Of a stretch of 64,000 nucleotides of DNA, positions 1 to 13,091 are shown in pieces (position 1 is the first letter of the stretch; each line of letters opens with the position of its first letter). This DNA is from Pavona decussata (taxonomy: Eukaryota). A program made the translations under genes and the position numbers. The notes beneath the pieces are model-generated. The model ran no database searches. It had not been told where the DNA came from and saw only the letters and a program-made list of their open reading frames with translations. The stretch spans positions 1,178,001 through 1,242,000 of the forward strand of contig CDRNST010000273.1 in NCBI GenBank assembly GCA_977016875.1, read 5' to 3'.

Positions 1-1969
1 GGGATACAACTTAATTTGATCAGGGGCACGTGACCAAGAATCAACTATTCACAGTGCTCGTTTTGTTGAGTAAAAGGTATAAAACAACATCGAATACTCC
101 CCGAGGTTTGGTTGGACCATCACGTGACGTATTTTGAACACTCACAGGTAAACAAGAACTCTTTGGTTTATTCTTCTGCCAATACTGCGAATGCCTATTA
201 TACAAATGCGGACCAACAATTCTAGCTTCAACACTGTATTTTGCGCACAATTGCGCACTTATATTTATGTATGTGGCCCCTAACTCTTGCTAAATTTACC
301 AAGGAGTTCAATGAAAACCAGTGTTTTGGGTTGTAGCATCTTAATTAAATGCAGTTTCTTTCATGCTTATAACGGTGATGTTGTGAAATGTGGTCATACA
401 CTGTGTTCGTGTTGACCATACATGAACAAAGATAATCACAAATAAAACCGTAGCCATTTATCATTCGTAGAATTGACCTAAGCTAAGGAACCAAAGAGAT
501 GTCCATACGGCTGGCAAATGTAGCTGGACTAATTTAAAGGTGCAATAAAGCCAGAGTGACGAAATAAAGCTGAGCATGTTACTCCAAATAGATCTGTCGG
601 TATTGTTCTTTGTGTCAACAATAAGAATAACTTAAAATTTTCATTCATTTACCTCACTTCATAGAAAAAGAGCTTTTCTAAATCCTACTGATCTATTTCG
701 GCCACAATCCGAGGACTACAAATTTCTCAGTAATTTGGTAATATTTAGAGGCGTGTTTTCACTAGTGAGACACGCGCATTGCCATTAGAGATGGGAGTGT
801 GGCTCCCTACAAACACTGGGAAACGCATAAGCGAGAGAACAAGAATTGTTCACAAGTGTTTTTTCATGTGTTGTGCGTGGGCTTATGAGTAAGACTCTTG
901 TGCACACTTCCGCAAATACTTACGTCACTAGTGAAATCCGAGCCTTGAACCTGCCATTATTAAACAACATGAAAAATAGTTCGTCCAGGAGGCCACAGGG
1001 AACTTGAGCCTCCTTTCCTTTGTGCATTATCTATGAATATGATCTCTTTGTCTCTTCGATCGTTTTAGTAGAAAAAAAAAGCTCGTTTTGTCTCAATCGT
1101 TTTGTTTTGAGTACGATAAGCATCTGCTGGCTCGTGCTCCTTCCAAGACCTTTAGCAATCAGTTAATTTTTGCCATATACCTCCAATTGAAAACTAAATA
1201 GACTACGAAACGATCAACTTTTTAACCATTATTCCACTTATCAATTTAGTTGTACTTGAGCATATAGCGCAAGCTATTCAGAAGTGCAAAGAAGTAAGAA
1301 CGACTAGAATTGATGCATGGGACTGAGCAGAATAATTATTTTATAACAGCCACATTATAAATTATCAGATACCTGAAGGATGAAGGATAATTCATGAGCG
1401 GAAGTAAGATGAGAAAATAAAAGTTTCCTATCCTTTTGAAAACACTGGGTTTTTTTTGTTTTTGTTTTTGTTTTTTTCTTATTTTATAGCTCCGGCCTTA
1501 TGTACCGCTTCAAACCGACGTTATATTTTCCCCACAATATTCTTGGAGATGAAAGTTAATGTCCCGGGAACTTCCAGATGTCTACTGAGTCGTATCGTTC
1601 ATAGCTTGTCCTAGTATTGCATAAAAATCGTTCACTAAAATCAGAAAACAAATATTTTCGATTTTTTAATATGCAGGATGGGCGCAAGCTTCAATTTTAT
1701 TGCAGTCAATTTCCGGTAAAGGAAAAAGCCCCTTTTATAAAGATTGTAAATAAAATCTTTAACGAAGGATGGATTTCAATGAAATACCATCCGGTAGAGA
1801 TGTAACACTTACACATTGTGATGGTGTCGACCGATAATTCAAGCATTTTGCCAAACGACAAAAAAGGTCAAAGGAAAATTGTGTACAACGGTGAAGCGAA
1901 CTCCGGTATGGCCTCATGAAAGGGATTGATTGTCAAGGACTCAAGGAATGAAAATTTAGCTTTGCTAAA

Positions 1970-2177
1970 GGTGTGTTCGATTGACTTTATTCCGAACAAG
2001 AAATACACACAATGGTGACAAGAAATCCCTCATAAGAGGTTTTTGGAGTTATTGGAGTACAAAATCTCGCTCTTAAATTATTATGCGTCAGCGAAAGTTT
2101 ACAGAAATGTCTTCCCAAATTTACTTAAAAAGAGAAATCTTATGCTTATTCCGCGGAATACAGTCAATCGACCGCAG
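1970..2177. repeat. ~200-bp MITE-like dispersed repeat (second copy 28341-28562)
   Basis: TGTGTTCGATTGAC...TTATTCC...GTCAATCGA ends and a similar interior in both copies. Confidence 0.6.
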
Positions 2178-2207
2178 TCTATTTACTATTATTGTAAGTT
2201 GTTGTTC

Positions 2208-2347
2208 NNNNNNNNNNNNNNNNNNNNNNNNNNNNNNNNNNNNNNNNNNNNNNNNNNNNNNNNNNNNNNNNNNNNNNNNNNNNNNNNNNNNNNNNNNNNN
2301 NNNNNNNNNNNNNNNNNNNNNNNNNNNNNNNNNNNNNNNNNNNNNNN
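2208..2347. other. Assembly gap (140 N)
   Basis: Run of N. Confidence 1.
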
Positions 2348-5119
2348 AAGGTCGCTATTTAGACGCTCTAAGAGTAGGAAATTATCCAAACTTGCGGATT
2401 TGATGAAAGTTGGCTCTTGCACCTGTGTTCTCTTACAAAATAATAATTCTGCCGAGCCCGCATACTAATTATACTGAAGTATTTTTAATAGTTTTTCCAG
2501 ACAGGTTGTTCACCTATTAACAGACCTGGGCGACAGGTTGTTCGAAAACCGTTAAAAGTTTCTTCAATGCTCGATTAAACCTCCACATCGCGGTCATTTT
2601 GTCATTCATATCTCTGTGTACTTACCATCATATTGCCATATTTGCCACTTGGCAATTATCGAAATTGAAAAAAAACTACTGAATTTATCGACACTAAAGA
2701 GTCAAGTTTTGAATCATGCAATGTGGTATTAACCGTTTCAGTTAGAGCAAATGTCTAAGTGTGGCAGTTCAAATGAAAGCTCTGGAGCAAATAATTTCCG
2801 ATGGTATTCTCTAAATGCAATGTATTTCACATAAAACTTTTCAATGCTGTACTCAACCGTACGCTTTCGAGCGGTCTATAACAGAAGGTAGTAAAGATAC
2901 CGGCTATGGCGTCAAAGATGGTTTTAAGCCCTGCTTACTCTACTCACAGTGTTAGTGGTCACATACAGCGACTGACGAAGACGTCTAAAGGAAACAGCTT
3001 TTAGAAATCAGTGGAAACTTTATAAAACTGCTTCGTTTTCAGAGTGGGCGCGTCAGTTTTGGAAACACTAAGAATATCGTCTCGAAAATCCCTTTGTGAT
3101 TGGACAGGTGAAAACGAAGACGCTTAAAAGACGCTGACGCCAATATTGATAGATGAGGAGTAGACGATAAGCATAACGCAAAACTCATAAAACATAATAC
3201 GTTTTCAAACCAACATGTATTATTGTGGACAGGTGAAATGGGCGACTTCTAATTCCCATATCTAAATCTTTGAGTGTTATTGCATGATACTGGCTCGTGA
3301 ATCCTGGTCTCGAAATGTAAAATACAAATCCGCTAATACTTGTGGTGCATGGAAAAAATTCAACTACTTCGCATAGCGGGCTGTCGTCGACTTACAAAAA
3401 CGCGTCCTTTTTGCCACCTTTAAAAGTCAAACCGGACAAAAAATATATTTTTTTCCCATCAAACTTTGCAAATGACTTAGTCGCTCGGTTCAGCTGCCGG
3501 AATGTTTTAACCTGGGCTGATATGAACTTTCTCCAACCAGACTAGCTCATTCGATCATAAATGAAGAATTGGATTATAGGAATCAATCTTTAAACTGCTG
3601 ATGGTCTGAGTTCGTCGCCATATCGTTGACTCCCAAGTTAAACCTGGCGTGTTGGCCGCCTGTATCCAAAATGGGACTTTATGTTCAGAACGGTTCGCTA
3701 ATAACTTTCGAAAACACAGTGTAAATCAAGCTTTCAATGAAAATAACACATGTGATTTTGTTAAGCGAATAGCAGATATTAAGACGCTTTATAACCACAA
3801 AAAACTTCCTCATGTCTTCTGATGAACATACATCGAGACAAAAGCGTGAATGACTTAGAAAGGCAATTTGTTTTGACAGGTCCTAGATGTACATGTCGAC
3901 CCAATATATGCGACTCATTATACGTTCGCAATTTAATTTCTTATGGAAAATACTTTTATAAAGTCCCAGTCACCCAAATTTATTACCTAGAGCCTTCGTT
4001 TCACTGTCCCCTTTTGAACGAACGCGTATAGTGTAATCCAATAACTACAAACAGGGTTAATTCGTTGGATATTAATAAAGTTCTTAAGTGTGCCGCGGTT
4101 AGTCAATTTTGTTAGATTAATAGTTAAGCTTTTTTTACGCAAATGTAGTACATGTTCGGTATATTAATATTGATTAATTCGCATTCGTATTAATCGCGCA
4201 CACAGTGATCTAGCCAAACGACTCGACTCGCCTCTAACTCGCATAATCGCATATCAGAAAACGACGCGTTATACTATCCTACACATACACGAAAACCACG
4301 TGCTTTACTTGTCAATCAAAGTCATAAGATAAAATGTCAATCATTAATTACTGTCCCGACGTACGATCCAACAAAACAGTAGCAATAAATGTTTCACGAC
4401 ACTTTATTTCACAGACAATGAATTTAACAGCTATTTTAAAACTTTTTTTTTTTTTTAGTTTTGACAGTCTATTGTTTAGTTCATGCCCTTGCAACGACGC
4501 ACGATCTTGGCGGAAAATACAACACTACACTTGCTGCCTTAAGGATACCAATAGAAAAACTTTGTTGCCCTGAAGGACACATCGTCTACAATTTACGAAC
4601 AAGTTGCCTAACACCTTTGCATTTCCAAAGCATAGGCTCTCCGTCTCAATAACGGACATAATAGTAACTTGACATCTACACAGACCAAAATTAATTTCTT
4701 CTCAGCGTGAAAACATTTAGTGCGATGCACGTCCAATGGTGTCTTAGACAAACCAGCGCGGTAGGATGCGTCAATGAAGCCTATTACAATTATTTTGTTG
4801 ATGAGGCTTAAAATAGCCAAACGAGACCTGCTTTGGTGATCTATCGCCAGCAAAAATAACAGCATCATCGTAACCAGCCAAAAGTCGTCCAATCTGAATT
4901 CATTCCAGTTTAGAAATCCGAATAAAGCCTCAGAGAACTATGGTGCACTGTGATGCGATTCTGTAAAATTATGATCTTTAAAATAGTTTAGAGGGTCAAT
5001 CACAAGTTCAATGACAGAAAGCAATTAAGTACCACCCTCCACAAATAATACCTTTATCCCCATAATCCTAAAATTTGAACATTCAATTGAAACCTTGATC
5101 GAGCAGTGCTACTATCAGC

Positions 5120-5150
<31 letters not shown>

Positions 5151-6439
5151 CTTTTTTTTTTTTTTGGTGCAAACTTTTGGGCGCACAGTGGGATTAAGAC
5201 TGAGTTCATTTATTGAAGGGCTGAGTTGAAATCTCTTGTAGGTCGTGGATGCTAATTTGGTTGGTGTCCTAAGCGGTCAAGCGAAAACAATTACTTGTTC
5301 ATAGTGAGATCTGTGACAGGTAAGCGTGCCACAAAACACCGTGGGGTAACAAGACGCAAATAATACATTAAATGAAAGATAAAAAAATGACGCGTCTCTT
5401 AAAACAGCAATCGAACAAATATAGAAACACGTTGCTTTTTGTCAGTCTGTGGTTCGTTAGTTCTTTAGCTTTCAAAATTAGGTCGGTTTGAGGCATTAGT
5501 GATAAAATTTTGTCATCACTAAGAAACTAAAAAGCGCTAAGACAAAACAAGAACACGTTTCGGTTTATAGCGCTTTATTCACAAATGACCCCTTACTGTG
5601 GTGAAATCCATGAAAATTAGGGCCTAATTTAGGGGATTTATTCTAAGTGTTTTTTTTGTTGTTAAAGATAAGTTTTTTCTTCGTCATTTTTGTTGAAAGT
5701 CTACCGGATGTGTTAACCAACTTCGTCTCATCGAAAGGCATGATTTGAAGCGGTTCACTTAATAACGCCTAATTAAGTCTATTAAAAGTACTTGGTGGTA
5801 AACATCTACCGAACACAAATGACTTGAATTAGCCATCAGTGTCATTCGCAGCGCACAGCTGCCCAGTTAAGAACTTCGAAAAATGCCTAAAACGTCATAG
5901 TCTAACACGACTAAGTAAATATAATGTCGAGGCTGCAGACACGAACAAGTTTGCTGGGTTAAAATATGCTGGAAATTTCAATAGGATATTTTGACACCGT
6001 TGTCTAAAGTTAAGCATCTCATGTTCTGCATTACATGCCCCGAGGACTCGAAAAGGCAGAATACAAAATTTATTCAAGTGATCCTTGGATAAAAATTATC
6101 CTGCAGTAGTTTGCTATGGAGCAATTTAATCAGTATTGTTTCTCATAAAAGAAAAAATTTGAATTTGTTTTTCTCATTTTAAAACATGGCGGGTTTTGGA
6201 AATAAAACGTCAACGAAGCCTCGAATCAATTAAGATGTCGATCTTCAACCGTTACTTCGAATCTTCAGATGGAATCTCGAAGTATGACCATTCAATTAGA
6301 AGCTCTTTAGTAGCACCTTACGCTGACGTTCTATATATATTTCAAAAGGTTTTTCTTAACAAGTTGTAATCTTTACCGCTGATAGGATCCATCACGACTG
6401 AACCGCCGAATAAACGGACCCCTTAATTATTCGTTATTT

Positions 6440-6690
6440 TGACAATACAGGTGCAATAGACAATAGGTTTTGTTTAGCGCGCGGACTTTCTATTGGCGAA
6501 CAATGCACTTGGCACTTGTTGTTTGGTTTAGTTCAATCGTGAGTTCGTTGGATATACTCCAGCTATTCAGTTTACAATAAAAGCCAGCGCGTGCTCTGGG
6601 AGTTAACAAATCGGTTAGCCGTGCTCGCACGTGTCGCCTGTGGGACCATTTACTTCGCTTCACAATAAAACAGCGAAAGGACAATCAAGT
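6440..6690 (+). promoter_or_regulatory. Candidate proximal promoter of the SNAG-Fez gene with clustered Sox-type ACAAT sites and E-boxes
   Basis: ACAAT at 6442, 6460, 6500, 6574, 6662 and 6681; CAGGTG at 6448; CACGTG at 6628; reverse CCAAT at 6492. Confidence 0.4.
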
Positions 6691-6885
6691 GAAGAAAGAG
6701 TCACAACGTCCCTGTTTTTTTACGGGTCGCTCATCTAGACGCATCGCCGAGCTGTTTTCGTATTTGAGTTTGAAGCAGTTGACAAGTTAGGGCAAATCAA
6801 GTCCCTGCTTTCTTGAGAACACGTTGAGGAAAAACCAACACCCACTATCGAGAAGCGGAATTATAAAAAGCCGAAGGAAGCTAAA

Positions 6886-8497
6886 ATGCCTAAGTCTTTC
6901 CTGCTAAAGAGGCGATCGTTGATTAGCTCTGCTGTTAAGCCAGACCTCCAAGAAAAAGGTTTGTTTAAGTTCAAAAGTTCGTTTTCTAGCGACTTAAAGA
7001 CTAAGCGACTTTGTATCACAGTTACAACTGTATTCCTGTAAGTGCTTACCGTATTTAAAATGCATGTGTTGTAAATTAATCCAGCTTAAACAGGCTTAAC
7101 TTCTTGGTTGTTTTTCTCTTTAAAATTCGTTTTGAACAAACTTTTGCCGGAATGCAACTAAACGGCAGTCTCAAGGCCTTTTAGCAGGTCTCTGTACATT
7201 TTCAAATTAATTGTACACAAGCTTAACGCAACTAACGAATTTTGAATAGTGCTAAAGCAAAACGTTAACAACAAAGAGTTTATAATTTTTACAAAATACT
7301 CAATAGGTTCGTCTTGGCTTATAACACAACGGCAGAAGAAACATACAAAATCTAAATTCATTTTGAAACATTCACACACTAGCTTATTTAATGATTGTCA
7401 TCGAGTTTGTAAGTCTCTGACAAGGTAACTGGCAAATTTTTGACTAACATAAAGAGTGAACTTTGAAAACAAAGCGTTTGTAATTTTTCTAAAATGCTCA
7501 ATAGCCTTGTCTTCATTTACACACAGAAGTCGTTGGGGAAAGAACTAGAACTTCGAAATCCGAAGACGATGCGATGGAACACAGACCGCTATCAGAGCCA
7601 AAACAACTGACTCCCGTATCGCCTCAGATTGACAGTTGGTCAAGCAGTATTTTCGCTGACACTGGAGCGATGCCCTTGAACAAGGAGTTGATGAAGTACA
7701 CAGCCCACAGCCAGCTCCCCAGTTACACTCCTTTTTGCCACTTCGCAGTCCCTGGTGCATCAAACAGCTTCCACCAGAATTCCCATGCAGATTTCAGTAA
7801 CATGCAGACCGGTTTTAGCTATCTGCACGCGGCAAGTTTAAGAAACGAACGCTTTAGTTGGAATCCAAACTTACTAAGCACTCATCAGGCAGCAGTTAAT
7901 TTTGATGTTTGTAAGGGTGAAATCGCATTTGAGACACCACCGAAGGTTATTATTCCCAGTGAAGTTAGGCAGCCTTATCGCTGTGACCAGTGTGGTAAAA
8001 TCTTTAAAACAAAATACACCCTGGCGATTCACCTCAAAATGCCGAATCATACTTTTGCGCGACCTTTTGTTTGCAACACCTGTGGCAAAGGCTTTCGCTT
8101 GTCTTCTACACTGTGCAGGCATAAAATAATTCACACTAAAGAGAAACCGTACAAATGCCACGTTTGCGATAAAGCGTTCAACCGCTCTTCCACCCTGAAA
8201 ACGCATGTACGGACGCACAGCGTTGAGAAAGAATTTGTTTGCGATCGCTGCGGAAAAGGGTTTCACCAAAAGGGCAACTTGCGAAACCATATTCTTATCC
8301 ATACAGGTGAAAAGCCGTACAAGTGTACATTGTGCCAAAAGGCTTTCAACAAATTGTCGAATTTGAAGTTCCATATGCATGTGCACACTGATAATTCGCC
8401 TTATCGGTGCCGAGTTTGTAAGGTCTCGTTTTCACGAAGGTGCGATTTGAAGAGTCATGTGGAGAATGCCCACTCCCAAAAAGAAAGCGAATTCTGA
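6886..8497 (+). CDS. FEZF: SNAG-domain, six C2H2 zinc-finger transcription factor with a Fez/FEZF-type finger array; exons 6886-6958 and 7527-8497 (347 aa)
   Basis: Exon 1 reads [24 protein letters not shown], then a phase-1 GT donor at 6959. The acceptor ...ttacacacag ends at 7526 and restores the frame into ORF 7574-8497. Fingers [39 protein letters not shown] and NLKFHMHVH closely match FEZF1/2 fingers as I recall them ([48 protein letters not shown]). Confidence 0.88.
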
Positions 8498-11400
8498 ATC
8501 CATTGAATGAACAAGGCGAAAAAATTTGGCTTATACAGTTGTAACATTGGGTATGATTGTGCAGATTAAAACCTGGAGTGAGGTGCGAATGTTTACATTA
8601 TTAAACTATCGATCTTCCGTTATTTCCTGTTATTTCAGGCACTGATATTTTATTCTTTTTTTTGAAATCCTAAAGAATAATCAATAGAGATGAAAAATTT
8701 TACATCGAGCAGTGTTCTTGTCCTGAGTGCTTATTATGATGAACAAGATGGTAACAAGCTTTAGCGTGGAAACAAAACCTCAAAGATTCTGCATAAATTG
8801 AAAATAAGCAAGGATTTCTTGTTATTCCATTTCATCCTTTGATGAGTCCTTAAAGAACAAAAAGGTGGTAAAATTGAGCTTAAAAGTGTTATTTTTAGGT
8901 GTTACAAGCGCTCGAATGTAAGATAAGCTGATCGATTTAACATTTTTGAAACCCTTTTTGTTTTCATGTTTTTCACTGAGTGTGAAAGTTGCTGTGCTCT
9001 AATTTAGGACTGTAAAACGCATCGCCGTAATTGCAGTAATTTGACTCTTTATCTGCATTAGCTCTCAAAGAGTTAATCATTTTTAGGGTGCAATTTTTGC
9101 GATCGTGTTAAATTCAATTCACGCTTCAAACAAGAATCGAATTTGCACTTTATTCGGTGGTAAGGTTATTTACGTTTCAAAGTAGAGCGTATTACTTGCT
9201 TTTTAAGTACGCATAAGGATAATTTTGGGTAGTTCTTGTTAAACCTAAATTGTACTGGATGTGAACGAAGTTGCATCAAAGTCTGGTTAAATTTTCTTTT
9301 TTTTTTTTTAGATTCTGGTCGTAAGTAGTTACTCCTTAAACGCGAATAAAACATATATAATTTACATACAGGTGTAGAGAAGCAAAAACGAGTTAGAATT
9401 TTTGTATAAATTTCACTAAAGAGAGGGAAAAATTAAATGAAAATATCCTTCTTAAGCCAGCAATTACCTTCAACTTTACGTTAGAAATTTTAGTTTAAAA
9501 TAATGTAGATGTCTTAACACAAATTTTTAGTGAAAGACGTTTAGATTCTGCTGTCCTTTAAAAACATTTTTCAATAAAGTTTCATTCCTCCGTGAAACAA
9601 TATTGTGCTTAAAATGAAAAGAGAACTTTAAAAGAGTTTACAAGTTGAAGCTAATTCCCTAAGTTAAGTTCCCGTTAAATTGTATTGTAAAGTAGCAAGA
9701 AATGAAAGTACTGATGCTAGATGTATGTAAAAGTTATTACGAAATGTTAACGGTACCTGAAATAAATTTCGTAGACGTAACAAAGTTGTTTTCTAAGTTT
9801 GTCCTTTTATTTGCATTGGAAATACGACGAGAGGTAAAGCGGATAACATATGTACATACCTCGAGAGAAATTCTACAAGAGACAATTTCCTACCCGTGCT
9901 TGTAGCTTCGGTTAGTTTTTACCCAAAAATTGTGAAAGAAAAAACTGAGAAAATCTCTAAAAATAAGACAGAGGCCGGAAGCCACTCCCCAACTCCTCCT
10001 CCCCAAAATATATCACAATATATATGTACATAGGTTGAAAATACCACAAATCATTTAACATGCTCAACTCGAATATCAAATGCGCTCAAAAAATTCTGCA
10101 TTTTGACAACACTTATAGAACGGTTTTCTTATTATATTCCCACAAAACAAGTGTATTTAATTTTCCTCTAAGCAAAATTAATTTTGCTGCAACGGTGTGA
10201 AATTTGCTTCAAAACCGAAGTTATAATTTTCGTGAGCCGTGCTACCAAATGAGTTGTTTTTTTAAGTACTTCTAATTACTTAAACCTGGGCTATTAAGAA
10301 CGGTCTTTTCAGGTGTTCAAGATGACACAAAAACAGTGCGACGTTCGTGATCAAAATTGCCGGAGAAAATTTCTTAAATAGATGTAATTATCAAGGCGTG
10401 AAACCTCCTTAAATAAACAGTCTTACGTGTACGACACAGTCAATTTTCTAATGCGTAAATTGGGCCCTGGTGAAGTATTTTTATTTTCCTTTTTTTTTTT
10501 TTTTTACATTCAAATATTACCTTAAAGAATCTTTTTGCAACGGTGTGTTAGCCGACTTCCAAAATATAAGCACCTTGAGATCTCTGCTTCGCGTGACAAA
10601 TTTATGTATGACTTGAACATTTTGCATTGAATTGACGACAATTGGCTGCTAAGAAACCAAACAAATATGTGAATAACAGGCGATTTTAACTTAACTGCTC
10701 AAGATATTATACCGCGGAATAACTGAATTCACTTTCAAAAGTCCGAGGAGAAAACCAGAAGGCACCAGCCTTGTTTTTTTTTTTTTTTTTTTTTAGGTCA
10801 ATTTAAGATTCCGCGTAGGTTTGACCAAGCCGAAGTCGCGCCTGAAAACATACAATCAAATTTATACTTTCAGCACGTGTTTGACTTGGTTTTACCAACA
10901 AATTCATAGAAATACGCGCGGGAACTTGAACAAAAAAGGTCGACTAACCAATTTCAAGAAGGTCTAAAGTTCTTAGATTTCATCGTCGGTAGAATTTTCG
11001 TTTCCACAATTGTTTAAACATTCAATAAACCACTTCAGGTTCGCAATAAATTTGCAATTGGTTTCAAACAAAACTTGTGGTGAAAAGCCTTTTTATCCTG
11101 GTTTAACTTAAAAGGTAATTTCTAGAGTGTTATCGACCTTTTTGAAGCTTGAGGTCTTACTAGCTCTCTTTGGACCTTTTAGGTTATGTTCGTGACATTT
11201 TCTACAGTTTTCATACTGAGTTAATTTTAATTTCTTACCCTAATATCACTCCCACATTCAACCTCCCTAATTTTTTTCTCAGTCTGTTTCTTGCTATTGA
11301 TTTTTTTTTTTCGTGAATTAAACAACAAAGTGTAATCGTGAAATGATCGCTATCGCGCGAAGGTTTCCCACGATGTGGTTGTAGAAAATAATTCTAACTT

Positions 11401-12928
11401 CTGAATGATCCGTAGATGGAACCATTCAAGCTGTTAATTGATAAGTACATTTATTTTATTCGTCGATATCTTGAATTTGTATAATTCGTTTCTAGAACTT
11501 GGCAGTTTCGGTAGCGTCTCCAATTACCAGACCGCGAGTCATTAAAGGCGAGTTATCAGCTGCCCAAGTTGACATTCATACCCAAAATTGCACAAAAGAC
11601 GCCCCCATATTTGTTTGGAGGCTCTAATTATCTAGCTGTGAAACTAAGATAACACACTCCAATTTTTAACAGTCCTGGCAAGAAAATTGACCGATAACTG
11701 TAGTTGGCTTCGCTGGAGGGTGCCTTGAAGATTCTAGTTCAGTTCAAATTAACCTTAATTGGTTGTTAAGGACAGTAAACTGGCAAAAATTCTAACTAAA
11801 GGACCCCTCTTTGCCGAAGTAGATGACCTTTATTAATTCCTAACAATGACACAGTCAGACTTTCCTGGTGCTATGTACAAAACGTTTGAGCCTATGTAAG
11901 AAATCCCGCTATTACAATGACAGTAAAATGAACGCGCTTTAAAGTACTTGGCGCAGGTACTGTTCGTTTGACTGGAAAGAACTTTTAAACCGAAAGTTGA
12001 GAATTCGACTCACTGTTGAGCATACAACGCTTTTGAAAGCGATGTAGGCTCCTGCCTACTGATGATAAATTTTTATCACAGAGTATTCTAGAACCAAGCA
12101 TCAAATGTTTTAACTCTGAGCACCGCTAAATAGTATAACGGGAAGATAAACCGTCATATGCTAATGTTATTGTTCTTCTCCCACCCCCATAAACATATAC
12201 AGTATTACATACTCACGCACGCAAGAAATTTTTTTGTAATTATGATGGCAGGTGAATGAATATCGTAACAAACTTTCAAAAAGCCCATATTAGAATTTGG
12301 TCTGTTTGTTAGTTATCCGCTGGTTAACTAATGAGTAAAAATAGAACCTTAATTACGAAAAAACTTCGAGACGTTTCCACTTATTACAAAAAAGCTTAAT
12401 GTATGTTGAACATTTTTTTATTAAAACTGTTTAAATTATCATGATGGCTGGGAAAGCAGCAATGCACAAATTGAAAAAGATTTATAATTAGAACTTATGT
12501 TGACGTATACATGTCTTCGTCGCAGACGTTTGGGGCGCCACACTTTGAGAAATAACCACCGAAAATTCGTTCTTTCCCCGATCTGTCCACACTTGTCAAG
12601 ATTTAAGATTCTTAAGCATGCGCAAGGGCCAGTTTTGGAATGTTTTAGCAAGGAAATGCCATTTTCAACTGTTCGTATAATGCCCATTATTAACTAAGGA
12701 GTTTTAATTAACTCTCGAAACTCCAAAAATCATTTGTAAGTAAGAAGTCTCAATACTACCAAGGTCGTAAAGAGATGAAACTCGTAGAAGAAAGGCCTTT
12801 CGTGGGTTTCGCTGAGGCGGGAAAGGTTTTAGTTTAATCCTCCCCCCCCCCCCCCCTATAAATTTAAATAAATTGGCCTACGGGCCTTCAAATGAACCTC
12901 AAATTCGTGTTCTAAATATCACGATACG

Positions 12929-13091
12929 NNNNNNNNNNNNNNNNNNNNNNNNNNNNNNNNNNNNNNNNNNNNNNNNNNNNNNNNNNNNNNNNNNNNNNNN
13001 NNNNNNNNNNNNNNNNNNNNNNNNNNNNNNNNNNNNNNNNNNNNNNNNNNNNNNNNNNNNNNNNNNNNNNNNNNNNNNNNNNNNNNNNNNN
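12929..13091. other. Assembly gap (163 N)
   Basis: Run of N. Confidence 1.

Noticed and set aside
2043-2468. ORFs spanning N runs (also 12873-13185)
   Set aside because: Open only because of assembly gaps.
7874-8386. 170-aa antisense ORF
   Set aside because: Shadow of the zinc-finger coding strand. The same applies to 50594-50935 and 63390-63710.
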